NCBI GenBank assembly: GCA_944381825.1
Contig: CALWMK010000002.1
Coordinates: forward strand, 34,660-98,659
From: an uncultured Clostridia bacterium
GTDB taxonomy: Bacteria > Bacillota > Clostridia > Christensenellales > UBA1242
Length of the DNA: 64,000 nt
Direction of reading: 5' to 3'
In this document: piece by piece, positions 22,943 to 31,080 of the stretch
How the letters are laid out: each line of letters starts with the position of its first letter
How positions within the stretch are numbered: the first letter of the stretch is position 1
The notes under the pieces: model-generated
The model's database searches: none
What the model was told of the DNA's origin: nothing
The model's input: only the letters and a program-made list of their open reading frames with translations
Made by a program: the position numbers and the translations under genes

Positions 22943-24075
22943 TCTCCAGATTTTATGTTATTTTCAATAACATATTCACAAATAATTTTACAAGAATTAA
23001 GTTTTTTTTGTTTTTCACAATTTTGCTTCATTTGTTCATAAACTTGAGGGTTGTCATATAAAAATTTTAAAACATTTCTAAGTTGTTTCAAACTTTTTAA
23101 TCTTATTGCAATGTTTTCTTTTACCAAAATGTCTGCATTTTCAATTTCATTCATTTTTACATTTTCACGGACTATTATAGGCAAACTTTTACAAATAGCC
23201 TCGGTTAATGTAACACATCCTGACCTCCCAACAATTAAATCACTTGCACTCATTAGTTCGTCTACATTATTTACAAAGCCAAAGTTATAAACATTATCTA
23301 ATCCTTTCTTTTTGATAAGTTTATCTATCTTCTTTTTACTCTTTTCATTCTTTCCGTTTAAATTTATGATGCCAACATTTAAATTAGTTTTTAATATATT
23401 TTTAACAACTCTATCATTATTTCCAATTCCATATCCACCGCTTGCAACCATTATAACAAAATCTTGTTTAATGGATAATTTTTCTTTAATTAAATTCTTG
23501 TCTAATTTTTGATAGAACTTAGCATTAATTGGCAATCCAGTTTCTATAAGTTGTTCTTTTTTAAAGCCTTTTTCAATCATTTGTGGAATTGCAAAGCTAT
23601 TAGGAATAAAAACTTTATCGACATCAACACTAGATTCCCAATACGGATGAGGAAAAAAGTCTGTTAAAATGGAATATAAAAAAATATTTCTATCAATTTT
23701 TCCTAAGTGTCTTAATTTTGAAACTATTCCACTGGCATAGTTATGAGTACAAATTATAGCATTTGGTTTATAAAATTTTATCTCACTTTCAATATCATCA
23801 ATTACATGGTCTATATCATTGTTGTAAATACCTTTTTCATATCTCAAATTTGGGTCACGAGCTTTTTGTTTGCGCCAAATCATTTGGTAGATATTTGGTA
23901 TATGTTTAAGCGCCCAAAGAAAAGCATCATTATTAAATTTTTGACGCTTTTTATCACTTCTGTAAATGTCAACAATTTTGCATTCAACGCCTCTATTTTC
24001 CAGATAATTGTTAACAGCTTTTGCAATGCTGTTGTGCCCCTCACCACAAGTCATGGAAAGTAAAAGAATTTTCAT
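22939..24075 (-). CDS. Glycosyltransferase, MGDG-synthase/UgtP-like (GT28), paralog
   Basis: 378 aa with the N-terminus MKILLLSMTCGEGHNSIAKAV. Overlaps the downstream paralog by 4 nt. Confidence 0.75.
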   Translation of the reverse strand: MKILLLSMTCGEGHNSIAKAVNNYLENRGVECKIVDIYRSDKKRQKFNNDAFLWALKHIPNIYQMIWRKQKARDPNLRYEKGIYNNDIDHVIDDIESEIKFYKPNAIICTHNYASGIVSKLRHLGKIDRNIFLYSILTDFFPHPYWESSVDVDKVFIPNSFAIPQMIEKGFKKEQLIETGLPINAKFYQKLDKNLIKEKLSIKQDFVIMVASGGYGIGNNDRVVKNILKTNLNVGIINLNGKNEKSKKKIDKLIKKKGLDNVYNFGFVNNVDELMSASDLIVGRSGCVTLTEAICKSLPIIVRENVKMNEIENADILVKENIAIRLKSLKQLRNVLKFLYDNPQVYEQMKQNCEKQKKLNSCKIICEYVIENNIKSGE

Positions 24076-24419
24076 ATGCCTCCATGTAATTAATTTAATA
24101 ATATCAATCTCTATTACTAAAATTTCTAATTTTAAGCTTTTTAGATAAATTTAAAAAGAAACATTTACATTTTTATAATAGCACAAAAACCTAAAAACAA
24201 CAAACAAACATAGGCTTTAATATATAAAATACTTTAGCTTGTTATTAAAAGATGAAATAACACAAATTATTAATCTATTTACTTGACAAAATAAACAAGT
24301 TAATGTAAACTATTAAAGTTATAAAAGTTTAATTTACTATAATCAAAGCAATTAACTTTTTGTAATATTTTTAACGAAACACTCCTAAATTTTGCTTAAA
24401 CTGATAAAATTATAAATAT

Positions 24420-24495
24420 GGGCTGTTAGCTCAGTTGGTAGAGCAACTGACTCTTAATCAGTGGGTCCGGGGTTCGAGTCCCCGACAGCCCACCA
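24420..24495 (+). tRNA. tRNA-Lys (anticodon CUU), CCA encoded
   Basis: Hand-folded cloverleaf: GGGCTGT/ta/GCTC-agttggta-GAGC/a/ACTGA-CTCTTAA-TCAGT/gggtc/CGGGG-ttcgagt-CCCCG/ACAGCCC/a/cca. All stems pair, 76 nt. Confidence 0.95.
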
Positions 24496-24591
24496 CGCGT
24501 TAGTCCCTTATAAAATAAGGGATTTTTTAATGTCAAGATATTAAAAAAACAACTCAAAACTGTCTAAAATTTTCGTAAAAAGTGTCTAAAA
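24451..24591 (+). repeat. Left 141-bp direct repeat (attL-like): tRNA-Lys anticodon loop to 3' end plus 96 nt
   Basis: Aligns to 28762-28902 with 4 mismatches and no indels (hand alignment). Confidence 0.9.
24504..24528 (+). terminator. Intrinsic terminator after tRNA-Lys
   Basis: TCCCTTAT-aaa-ATAAGGGA hairpin followed by TTTTTT. Confidence 0.8.
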
Positions 24592-24703
24592 AATGTCATT
24601 TTTGCATGTAAAATTTTAATATTTCACATTGCATAAAAACATCGAATTTTACTTAAAAATTGCCACTGTCTAAAAAACTGTCTAAAATTTTTAGAAAAAT
24701 AGC

Positions 24704-24740
24704 ACAAAAAAAGACTGAGAATTATCATAAATTCTCAGTC
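24704..24740 (-). terminator. Intrinsic terminator behind the integrase remnant
   Basis: Perfect 11-bp stem GACTGAGAATT/AATTCTCAGTC (24713-24740), followed on the minus strand by a T-run. A near-identical copy is at 29100-29127. Confidence 0.8.
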
Positions 24741-24747
24741 AATTTTA

Positions 24748-25197
24748 TTACATTTCAAAATCTTTTTGTTTTTTCTTTTTACGCATTTCTTTTTCTTTTA
24801 GCCACTCTTTATATTCTTCATCTTCTTGTTGAGATTTTAATTGTTCTTCTAACTTTGCAATTTTTTCTTCAAGTCCTTTTGTCTTATCAATTTCGTTTGT
24901 TTTTTCCTTTTCTTCTTTCTTTGAATTAAAATTAAAAACATTTGAAATTGTTATTGCCGAATTTTGCTTTGTTTTATAATCCAAGTGGCTGTAAATATTC
25001 GCTGTGGTGCCAAAATCGGTGTGTCCAAGCCATTATTGAATTTGTTTCATAGGAACTCCGTTAGATGGCATAATGCTCGTGCAAGAGTGCCTTAAATCGT
25101 GAAATCTTATCTTTCTTAAATTGTTTCTTCGTAAAATTTTGATAAAATTTTTTGTTAACCTGTTAGGGAGTATCAATCTTCCAAGATTATAAATTTT
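24748..25197 (-). pseudogene. Tyrosine recombinase/phage-type integrase, C-terminal fragment with an in-frame stop
   Basis: My translation: ..NRLTKNFIKILRRNNLRKIRFHDLRHSCTSIMPSNGVPMKQIQ*WLGHTDFGTTANIYSHLDYKTK.. It has the HxxR box and the catalytic Tyr region. A TAA sits at 25033-25035. The N-terminal ~2/3 is missing (frame closed above 25197). Confidence 0.85.
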
Positions 25198-25253
25198 TTA
25201 AACTCAATGCACTTTAAAATAGCCATTCAATTGTCAAAGTTAAATTTCGTTTT

Positions 25254-25283
25254 TCTTAAAAAACCACCTCAACTAGGTGGTTT
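25254..25283 (-). terminator. Intrinsic terminator of the island cargo operon
   Basis: The minus strand reads AAACCACCTagttgAGGTGGTTTTTTAAG. Confidence 0.8.
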
Positions 25284-25298
25284 CTAAACTTCCTGTTT

Positions 25299-26324
25299 TT
25301 AGTTGATTTTAAATTCAACTGAATAACTCATTGTATCGCTTGAAAAAGCTACTCTATGCCCAACAAAATTTCCAACGCTGTCAAATATATAATATGCCTC
25401 ACCATATTCGAAAGTTATCTTGATTTTCATATAGTCGCTGTCAATACTTTCAAAAAGACCAATATCAGAAGAAGTCAACATGTTGTTTATAATATCTATT
25501 CGCAAAGCTTGTAAAATTAGTGAAGTCATATCTTCGTTAAAAATATATTCAAGTTTATCTGTTCCTTGGCTTATTGTAATTTTAGTTTTATTAGTGGCAC
25601 CTGATGTTGTGTCAGTGTCAATCGTCCCGCTTATGGTGTAATTATAACCGCCATTAATCAAATCACTTAACTCTGTATTTGTTGTAAAGATTTGTAAAGA
25701 ATCGTCTCCATATTTATTTTCAACAGTTCCTTGTATCTTATAATCGCCAGTTGCGTCGCTGTAATCAATTTTAATCGCTCCATTATATCCTGCAATAGCC
25801 GTTTCTGCCATATCTGCTCCCATCCATGCTGTCATAGCCTGAGTGGCCTGAGTAGGATTTGCTGGTTGCCCGTCTTTTGTTGTTTCAATTTTAACAAAAT
25901 CTCCAGATGTGTCTAACAAAGATGACGTCTGTGAAATATTGTAATTTATTTGTAATATTTCTGAAACCCCTGTCGATTGTGTTTCACCCTGACGAACAAG
26001 CAAAACTAAACACTTGCTGTTTACTAATGAATAGCCACCAAAACCATCGTCTACGTAGCTGTTTAAATCCCAAATTTTGCAATCCGCTACATTTGTGTTT
26101 ACAGCATACCCAATCTGTTTAAGTGAAGTCCACACCCTAGGAGAAACGGTAGGAAAATAATTTTCAGCAGAGTCAACATTGCCAATTTCTTTTGAAACAT
26201 AATTTGTTCCTTCAATAGGTGTTTCGTTTACTAATGTTGGATTAAAATCAACAAGCTTAAACTCCAAATTCAAAGCATCTAGTTCAGTCTTGTCTTGTTC
26301 GGTTAAATCTTCAAATTTAATCAA
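25299..26324 (-). CDS. C-terminal part of a split surface lipoprotein (frame is open up to 26624)
   Basis: 341-aa ORF in the track. The same frame stays open 100 codons further upstream, with no start codon, into the overlap with ORF 26576-26992. Confidence 0.7.
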   Translation of the reverse strand: MIKFEDLTEQDKTELDALNLEFKLVDFNPTLVNETPIEGTNYVSKEIGNVDSAENYFPTVSPRVWTSLKQIGYAVNTNVADCKIWDLNSYVDDGFGGYSLVNSKCLVLLVRQGETQSTGVSEILQINYNISQTSSLLDTSGDFVKIETTKDGQPANPTQATQAMTAWMGADMAETAIAGYNGAIKIDYSDATGDYKIQGTVENKYGDDSLQIFTTNTELSDLINGGYNYTISGTIDTDTTSGATNKTKITISQGTDKLEYIFNEDMTSLILQALRIDIINNMLTSSDIGLFESIDSDYMKIKITFEYGEAYYIFDSVGNFVGHRVAFSSDTMSYSVEFKIN

Positions 26325-26575
26325 GGTTTTGTCAAACCAACCATCATCTCTGGCACTTGTTTGATACCTTCCAATCTTTAATCTCGCACCGTCGACATAA
26401 AAAGTAAACTCACTGCTCTCACCAGACGAAGTAGCTATACTATCCGGAGTTGTGTCTACAAATGAATCAAAGCTATCTATTATGTTTGATGAGACATTTT
26501 TTAATGTAAATGGACCAACATTTTTCCCTTCACTAGCCTTGTAAGTGTCCGATTCTGGAATTCTAACAGAAATAT

Positions 26576-26992
26576 TTACGGTCTGCCCAACTGCAAAACT
26601 GTCGTCGCCCCCAAATATGACATTTTAAAACCATCACTAGAATAGTCATAATACATGATTTGATAAATCGCTTTATTATATTGATCGTAAAAATCAGTGA
26701 TGTATTCACCCCGAGCCCACTCACTACCATTTATTGAAAATTCTAGTGAAGAAGACGTGATGCCCTCGTCACTCGCCACTTCATAGCCTTCATGATAAAA
26801 ATTTTCAATTTCCATTAACACAGAACCTTGATAATCTTGTAAAATGTTTACAACCTCAACATTGTTCGTTCTGTCCAACTTTTCAGGTTCTGATTTTCCT
26901 CCACAAGCAGTAACCAAAAATGCAGTTGAAATAATTACCAATGATGCAAGCAAAAGTCCAGCCGTTTTACTTTTAAAAAAGTTTCTTTTCAT
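26576..26992 (-). CDS. N-terminal part of the split lipoprotein (signal peptide plus lipobox)
   Basis: The MKRNFFKSKTAGLLLASLVIISTAFLVTAC lipobox is followed by GGKSE. It joins the downstream frame by a 1-nt shift, most plausibly at C5 26608-26612. Confidence 0.7.
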   Translation of the reverse strand: MKRNFFKSKTAGLLLASLVIISTAFLVTACGGKSEPEKLDRTNNVEVVNILQDYQGSVLMEIENFYHEGYEVASDEGITSSSLEFSINGSEWARGEYITDFYDQYNKAIYQIMYYDYSSDGFKMSYLGATTVLQLGRP

Positions 26993-27057
26993 TTTTTTTC
27001 CTTATATTTATATTTCGCAAAGTTAAAGAAATTATGTCATTTTATTAAACTATTTTT

Positions 27058-27576
27058 TTAAATTCTAAAAATTTCCAATTTGGTTCGTTTGTCGCAAATG
27101 TTGTCTATAGCAATAACGAGAGCAATTAAGAAAGGCATGTCTTGTTCATTCGCTTCAAGTTCAAAGGCATCATTGATAAAGGTGATTTGTCTTCTTATTG
27201 TACCAATAACTTCACCATTTTTTAGAATTTGAGTTGTTAAACCAAAAAATTTTCCTTGAATTTTAATTTCATCTTTATAACCCATTACAAAATATTCTTG
27301 ATTTACATTAAACCATTTGTCTTTCACTGTGGCGATCTTATGTTTATTTGAATCATAGATATACGCTTTATGAATAAACCAATTAAACCATCTATTCCTA
27401 ATCTTAAAAAGTCTATTCCCTTCTAAGTCGCAAACGTATTTTACCCTTGTTATACTAAAAATGCGACCCTTAACCTCAAAGACAGGCTCTTTGTTTTCAT
27501 TTACAACCGATGAACCTCCACCAATAGACCAAAATTTATTCTTTATATATACTTTCATAAATCCATCCCTAACCAA
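27058..27576 (-). CDS. LURP-one-related / Tubby C-terminal-like protein (DUF567, YxjI-like)
   Basis: 172 aa. It has a repeated beta-strand pattern and a C-terminal ...FELEANEQDMPFLIALVIAIDNICDK helix, resembling B. subtilis YxjI-type proteins. This rests on my recollection, not a search. Confidence 0.55.
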   Translation of the reverse strand: MVRDGFMKVYIKNKFWSIGGGSSVVNENKEPVFEVKGRIFSITRVKYVCDLEGNRLFKIRNRWFNWFIHKAYIYDSNKHKIATVKDKWFNVNQEYFVMGYKDEIKIQGKFFGLTTQILKNGEVIGTIRRQITFINDAFELEANEQDMPFLIALVIAIDNICDKRTKLEIFRI

Positions 27577-28078
27577 TTTGATTTGTAATTAGCCGACCTA
27601 ATAAAATAGCAATTCCTACCCAAGCCAAAATTCTGGCTATGAACAGTATTATCCATCTTCTTTTAGCTATTTTATCAACTGTATATTCATTTTTTATTTC
27701 TTCAAAACTTGTTTCCGTTTCTACTTCAACAGCTCTGCCACTTGAAGATAAGGAATTAAATTTTATATTAATATTATTTACATCTTTTAATTTAACTATA
27801 AAAGAACAATCCATTGAAATACATTTTCTATCATAAGGTGGGTTAAAAATTCCAAAAACACTTACTATAAATGATAATATTGCATATAACCACCAGAGTT
27901 TAGATTTCAACTCTAACTCTCTTGAAAAAGCTATTTTAATTTCATCTTTTTCTGTTTGAAAATCTGTTTCGTAAGAGCCAAATTCGTTTTTCTTACATTT
28001 TACATATTGGTCATCAATAAAAATATTAGGAATAAATTTTGAATTGACTCCAACCAATTTTAATTTCACCGAATTCAT
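27569..28078 (-). CDS. Hypothetical membrane protein (2 TM, 169 aa)
   Basis: TM helices at about aa 62-80 and 141-163. Overlaps both neighbours (8 nt and 4 nt). Confidence 0.65.
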   Translation of the reverse strand: MNSVKLKLVGVNSKFIPNIFIDDQYVKCKKNEFGSYETDFQTEKDEIKIAFSRELELKSKLWWLYAILSFIVSVFGIFNPPYDRKCISMDCSFIVKLKDVNNINIKFNSLSSSGRAVEVETETSFEEIKNEYTVDKIAKRRWIILFIARILAWVGIAILLGRLITNQIG

Positions 28079-28527
28079 TTTATCACCTCCATTGCAACAA
28101 CTATTATAGCAATAATCACAATTGCAATTACAATAGAAGATATAACTATTCTACCTATATGTTTTGTTCTCTTATCTAAAAGCAGAAGCACAAGTGAAAG
28201 GATTGCTCCTATAATAGCAATAGAGGCAAATATATAAAAATTTTCTAAAAAGAAAGCAGAAATCTTTAAAGATACTTTAGATGTTGACATTAATATATCA
28301 AAATAATTGGGAACAAAGACAAATATGGTCCCAATAGATAAAATAATGACAACAAAACCTATAAGCAAAATAAAAGCAGTCGCAACAAAAGATAGAATTC
28401 CGCTAAAACACAATAATAGAGCTAATATTGAAATGTTAGAAAAAATCTTACCTAACCTAATTAAAAATTCTTTTAAGTCATTTCTAAGAAGTTGGGTGGT
28501 ATGTGAATTTTGCATATCATCCTCCAT
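28075..28527 (-). CDS. Hypothetical polytopic membrane protein (about 4 TM, 146-150 aa)
   Basis: First gene of the island operon. An alternative start at 28515 lies 4 nt after GGAGGA. Confidence 0.65.
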   Translation of the reverse strand: MEDDMQNSHTTQLLRNDLKEFLIRLGKIFSNISILALLLCFSGILSFVATAFILLIGFVVIILSIGTIFVFVPNYFDILMSTSKVSLKISAFFLENFYIFASIAIIGAILSLVLLLLDKRTKHIGRIVISSIVIAIVIIAIIVVAMEVIK

Positions 28528-28538
28528 ATGTTAACATT

Positions 28539-28567
28539 ACTTTATAATATTATATCAAAAAAGTCAA
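28539..28567 (-). promoter_or_regulatory. Candidate promoter of the island cargo operon
   Basis: Minus strand: TTGACT (28567-28562), then TATAAA at 15 nt or TAAAGT at 17 nt. Confidence 0.4.
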
Positions 28568-28761
28568 ACAAATAAGAGTATAAAACACTATTAATATATT
28601 GTTTTTATAAATGTCTAAAAGAAAACTGCAAAAACTGAAATAATTTTAGACAAATTTATAAGTTAAGGGATAAACTTGAATAACACGATTTTGGTAGAGA
28701 AAATAAGGGGTTAAAGGGGATTTACTGGAATAAAAAGACATAAAAGAAGTTCCAAAGGCAC

Positions 28762-28902
28762 CTCTTAATCAGTGGGTCCGGGGTTCGAGTCCCCGACAGC
28801 CCACCACGCGATAGTCCCTTATAAAATAAGGGATTTTTTAATGTCAAGATATTAAAAAATTAACTCAAAACCGTCTAAAATTTTCGTAAAAAGTGTCTAA
28901 AA
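28762..28902 (+). repeat. Right 141-bp direct repeat (attR-like) containing a displaced tRNA-Lys 3' fragment (28762-28806)
   Basis: Identical to tRNA positions 32-76, followed by the same terminator hairpin. There is no matching 5' acceptor or D arm upstream. Confidence 0.9.
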
Positions 28903-29090
28903 TTTCAATATTTTTAACAAAAATAATTATCGTTTTGCAAACTAATTTTTCACTCAAAAACAGCCTAAAATTGCCACTGTCTAAAAAATTGTCTAAAAAT
29001 AAGCGAGTAAGAAAATGAAAATTTTGTTTTTTACATTTGCTTACGAACGCCATTTTCATCAACAAAAATTATTTAATTTTAGAAAAACAG

Positions 29091-29127
29091 CAAAAAAAAG
29101 ACTGAGAATTATCATAAATTCACAGTC
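29091..29127 (-). terminator. Intrinsic terminator behind the ASCH pseudogene (copy of the 24713-24740 hairpin)
   Basis: GACTGAGAATT-atcata-AATTCACAGTC has one stem mismatch. A T-run follows on the minus strand. Confidence 0.7.
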
Positions 29128-29134
29128 GATTTTT

Positions 29135-29514
29135 TCATTTTACAATCAGCCAACCAGCACCATTGCTTCGTTTGACTTTAATTGGTGCAACATTTTTTAC
29201 ACCACTAAGCCATATAAGAGTGCAAATTTTTATGGTGTTGTTTCCCAATCTACAAATTTATCAGTTCCAATTTGCTTACCATAACATAGCCGTATTTCTT
29301 CAACAATTTCGGGTGTAAGTTCATAATATTTTACATCTTTAACAATAGCAATAGCAGTCACATCTTTGCCGGTTTCTTTCAGTAGAATTTTATCCCCGAT
29401 ACTTACTTTTCCATAAGGCGCAACTTTATTCATGCTCCATCTGCTTTCAATAGTCTTTTTACCAGAAAGCACCATGTCAAAAAATGGTTGCCTTAAAATT
29501 GCCATATGTTGCAT
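29135..29514 (-). pseudogene. ASCH-domain protein, disrupted by an in-frame stop plus a frameshift
   Basis: The 94-aa ORF ends ...DWETTP*. The frame continues KFALL, then a -1 shift gives IWLSGVKNVAPIKVKRSNGAGWLIVK*, which looks like the natural C-terminus. Confidence 0.65.
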
Positions 29515-29548
29515 TTTATATACCTATCCCATTTCAATTAGCAAGATT

Positions 29549-30850
29549 CTACCTCAAAATATTTAACATTTCCTCAAATGTAACTTGTTTTTGTTCAAAG
29601 GCATTTAAATCTTTTAATGTAAAGTAATTATTTTTCACCTCATCTTCGCCTATAATAACCGCATAGTTAGCATTTGCCTTTGTCGCATATAAAATTTTGT
29701 TTTTAAATTTAGTTTCTTCAAAATAAACAATGTTATTTATATTATTATTTCTAAGTTGATTACTAAGTGCAATGCATTCATCTATTGTGTTACCCATAGG
29801 CAAAATCACAACCTTTGCAATAGCACCTTTTTCTTGTTTTAAAAGGTTGTTTTCTTTTAGTTGGTAAAATAGTCTTGTAAGTCCAATGGACATCCCTACT
29901 CCAGGCAATTTTTCTTTGGTGTAATATTCTGCAAGATTATCGAATCTACCTCCGCTACAAACACTTCCTAAATTTTCATGACCTGTGATAAATGTTTCAT
30001 AAACTGTTCCAGTATAATAATCAAGTCCTCGAGCGATTGAAAGGTTTATATTAAAATAATCTTCTTCAACACCAAACGCGCGCATGTTTTTTATAACATG
30101 CTCCAACTCTTCAACACCTTCATTAAAATCACTATTGTCTATTTTAAATTTCTTAAGTTTTTCAAGTTGTTGATTTGTAGTACCGTCAATTTTAATAAAT
30201 TGAAGCAACTTATTAATAATATCATCCTCAATTTTGTAGTCCAATTTCAAAGTAAGAACAAAATTTTCCTCACCAATTTTAGCAAATTTATCAATTAATC
30301 TTAAAATATCAACTGAATCTTTTAGTCCCAAATTTTCAATTAGTCCCAATAAAATTTTTCTATTGCTAACAAAAATAGTAAATTTACCTATATTTAATTC
30401 TTTGAAAATTCTATACATGATGCTTGGAATTTCTGCATCATAATAAAGACTTAGAGAGTTTTTCCCAATAACATCAATATCGCATTGATAAAATTCTCTA
30501 AATCTTCCCTTTTGAGGTTTTTCACCACGATAAACCTTTCCTATTTGATACCTTGCAAAAGGGAAATTGAGTGAATCAAAGTTCGCAGCGACATATTTCG
30601 CTAAAGGCACAGTAAGGTCAAATCGCATACAAATTTTGTTATCACCTTTTGTAAAACTATAAATTTGTTTTTCAGTTTCTCCGCCAGCTTTAGCAAGTAA
30701 CACTTCACTGTTTTCTAAAACCGGTGTGTCTATAGGCAAAAAACCATAACTTTCAAAATTTTTTTTAATTATATTCACAACTTTATTAAACAAAATTTGA
30801 TCTTCTGGCAAAAGTTCCATAAAGCCAGGCAAAGTTTTTGGTTCTATCAT
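29549..30850 (-). CDS. hisS: Histidine--tRNA ligase
   Basis: 433 aa with class II motifs (RYQIGKVYRGEKPQKGRFREFYQCD, GGRFDNL). Confidence 0.95.
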   Translation of the reverse strand: MIEPKTLPGFMELLPEDQILFNKVVNIIKKNFESYGFLPIDTPVLENSEVLLAKAGGETEKQIYSFTKGDNKICMRFDLTVPLAKYVAANFDSLNFPFARYQIGKVYRGEKPQKGRFREFYQCDIDVIGKNSLSLYYDAEIPSIMYRIFKELNIGKFTIFVSNRKILLGLIENLGLKDSVDILRLIDKFAKIGEENFVLTLKLDYKIEDDIINKLLQFIKIDGTTNQQLEKLKKFKIDNSDFNEGVEELEHVIKNMRAFGVEEDYFNINLSIARGLDYYTGTVYETFITGHENLGSVCSGGRFDNLAEYYTKEKLPGVGMSIGLTRLFYQLKENNLLKQEKGAIAKVVILPMGNTIDECIALSNQLRNNNINNIVYFEETKFKNKILYATKANANYAVIIGEDEVKNNYFTLKDLNAFEQKQVTFEEMLNILR

Positions 30851-30872
30851 TTTATAAAATCTCCTAGTATTT

Positions 30873-30901
30873 ATTTTAAATATATTTTATAATTTTGTCA
30901 A
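30873..30901 (-). promoter_or_regulatory. SigA-type promoter of hisS
   Basis: Minus strand: TTGACA (30901-30896), 17-nt spacer, TAAAAT (30878-30873). The leader is short, with a TAGGAG RBS. Confidence 0.6.
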
Positions 30902-30974
30902 ACTACTTGCGGTATTGATTTATAGCATATATAAAGCAACATAATATCATTTCATTATAATTTTTTCACTCTTT

Positions 30975-31003
30975 TAATAAAAGTTCACACCTGTTAAGTG
31001 TGA
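30975..31003 (-). terminator. Candidate terminator downstream of argS and the repeat array
   Basis: The minus strand reads TCACACttaacagGTGTGA followed by ACTTTTATT. Confidence 0.45.
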
Positions 31004-31080
31004 TTAAAAAATTATATTTTTTTTCGTTAAACATTGTTTTTAAATTAACACATGCTTTTATTATTTTCGAATTTATTATA

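Larger units (their letters stand above)
24451..28902. mobile_element. Decayed tRNA-Lys-integrated genomic island (integrase remnant plus 4-gene cargo)
   Basis: The 141-bp direct repeats begin at the anticodon loop, a truncated integrase adjoins the intact tRNA, and the cargo has no housekeeping identity. Confidence 0.8.

Noticed and set aside
24283-24311. TTGACA-17-TAAACT promoter-like site about 110 nt upstream of tRNA-Lys.
   Set aside because: It is plausible, but it is far from the mature 5' end and the region is so AT-rich that such matches arise by chance. It is not reported as a feature.
24660-24929. Track ORFs in the att-flank regions (24660-24929 +, 28865-29065 -, 29015-29284 +).
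   Set aside because: They lie antisense to the integrase or ASCH remnants, or span terminators and repeat motifs. They have low-complexity sequence and no RBS.
28762-28806. A second tRNA-Lys gene.
   Set aside because: Only positions 32-76 are present. The upstream sequence (..AAGTTCCAAAGGCAC) cannot form the acceptor or D arms. It is a displaced 3' fragment (att repeat).
30851-31080. T-box leaders upstream of hisS (and argS, 33532-33685).
   Set aside because: I searched both leaders on the minus strand for the T-box sequence (..GGTGGTACCGCG..) and a specifier-loop/Stem I arrangement. I found only short leaders directly behind sigma-A type promoters. The closest string (AATACCGCAAG, ~30905-30915) lies upstream of the hisS -35.
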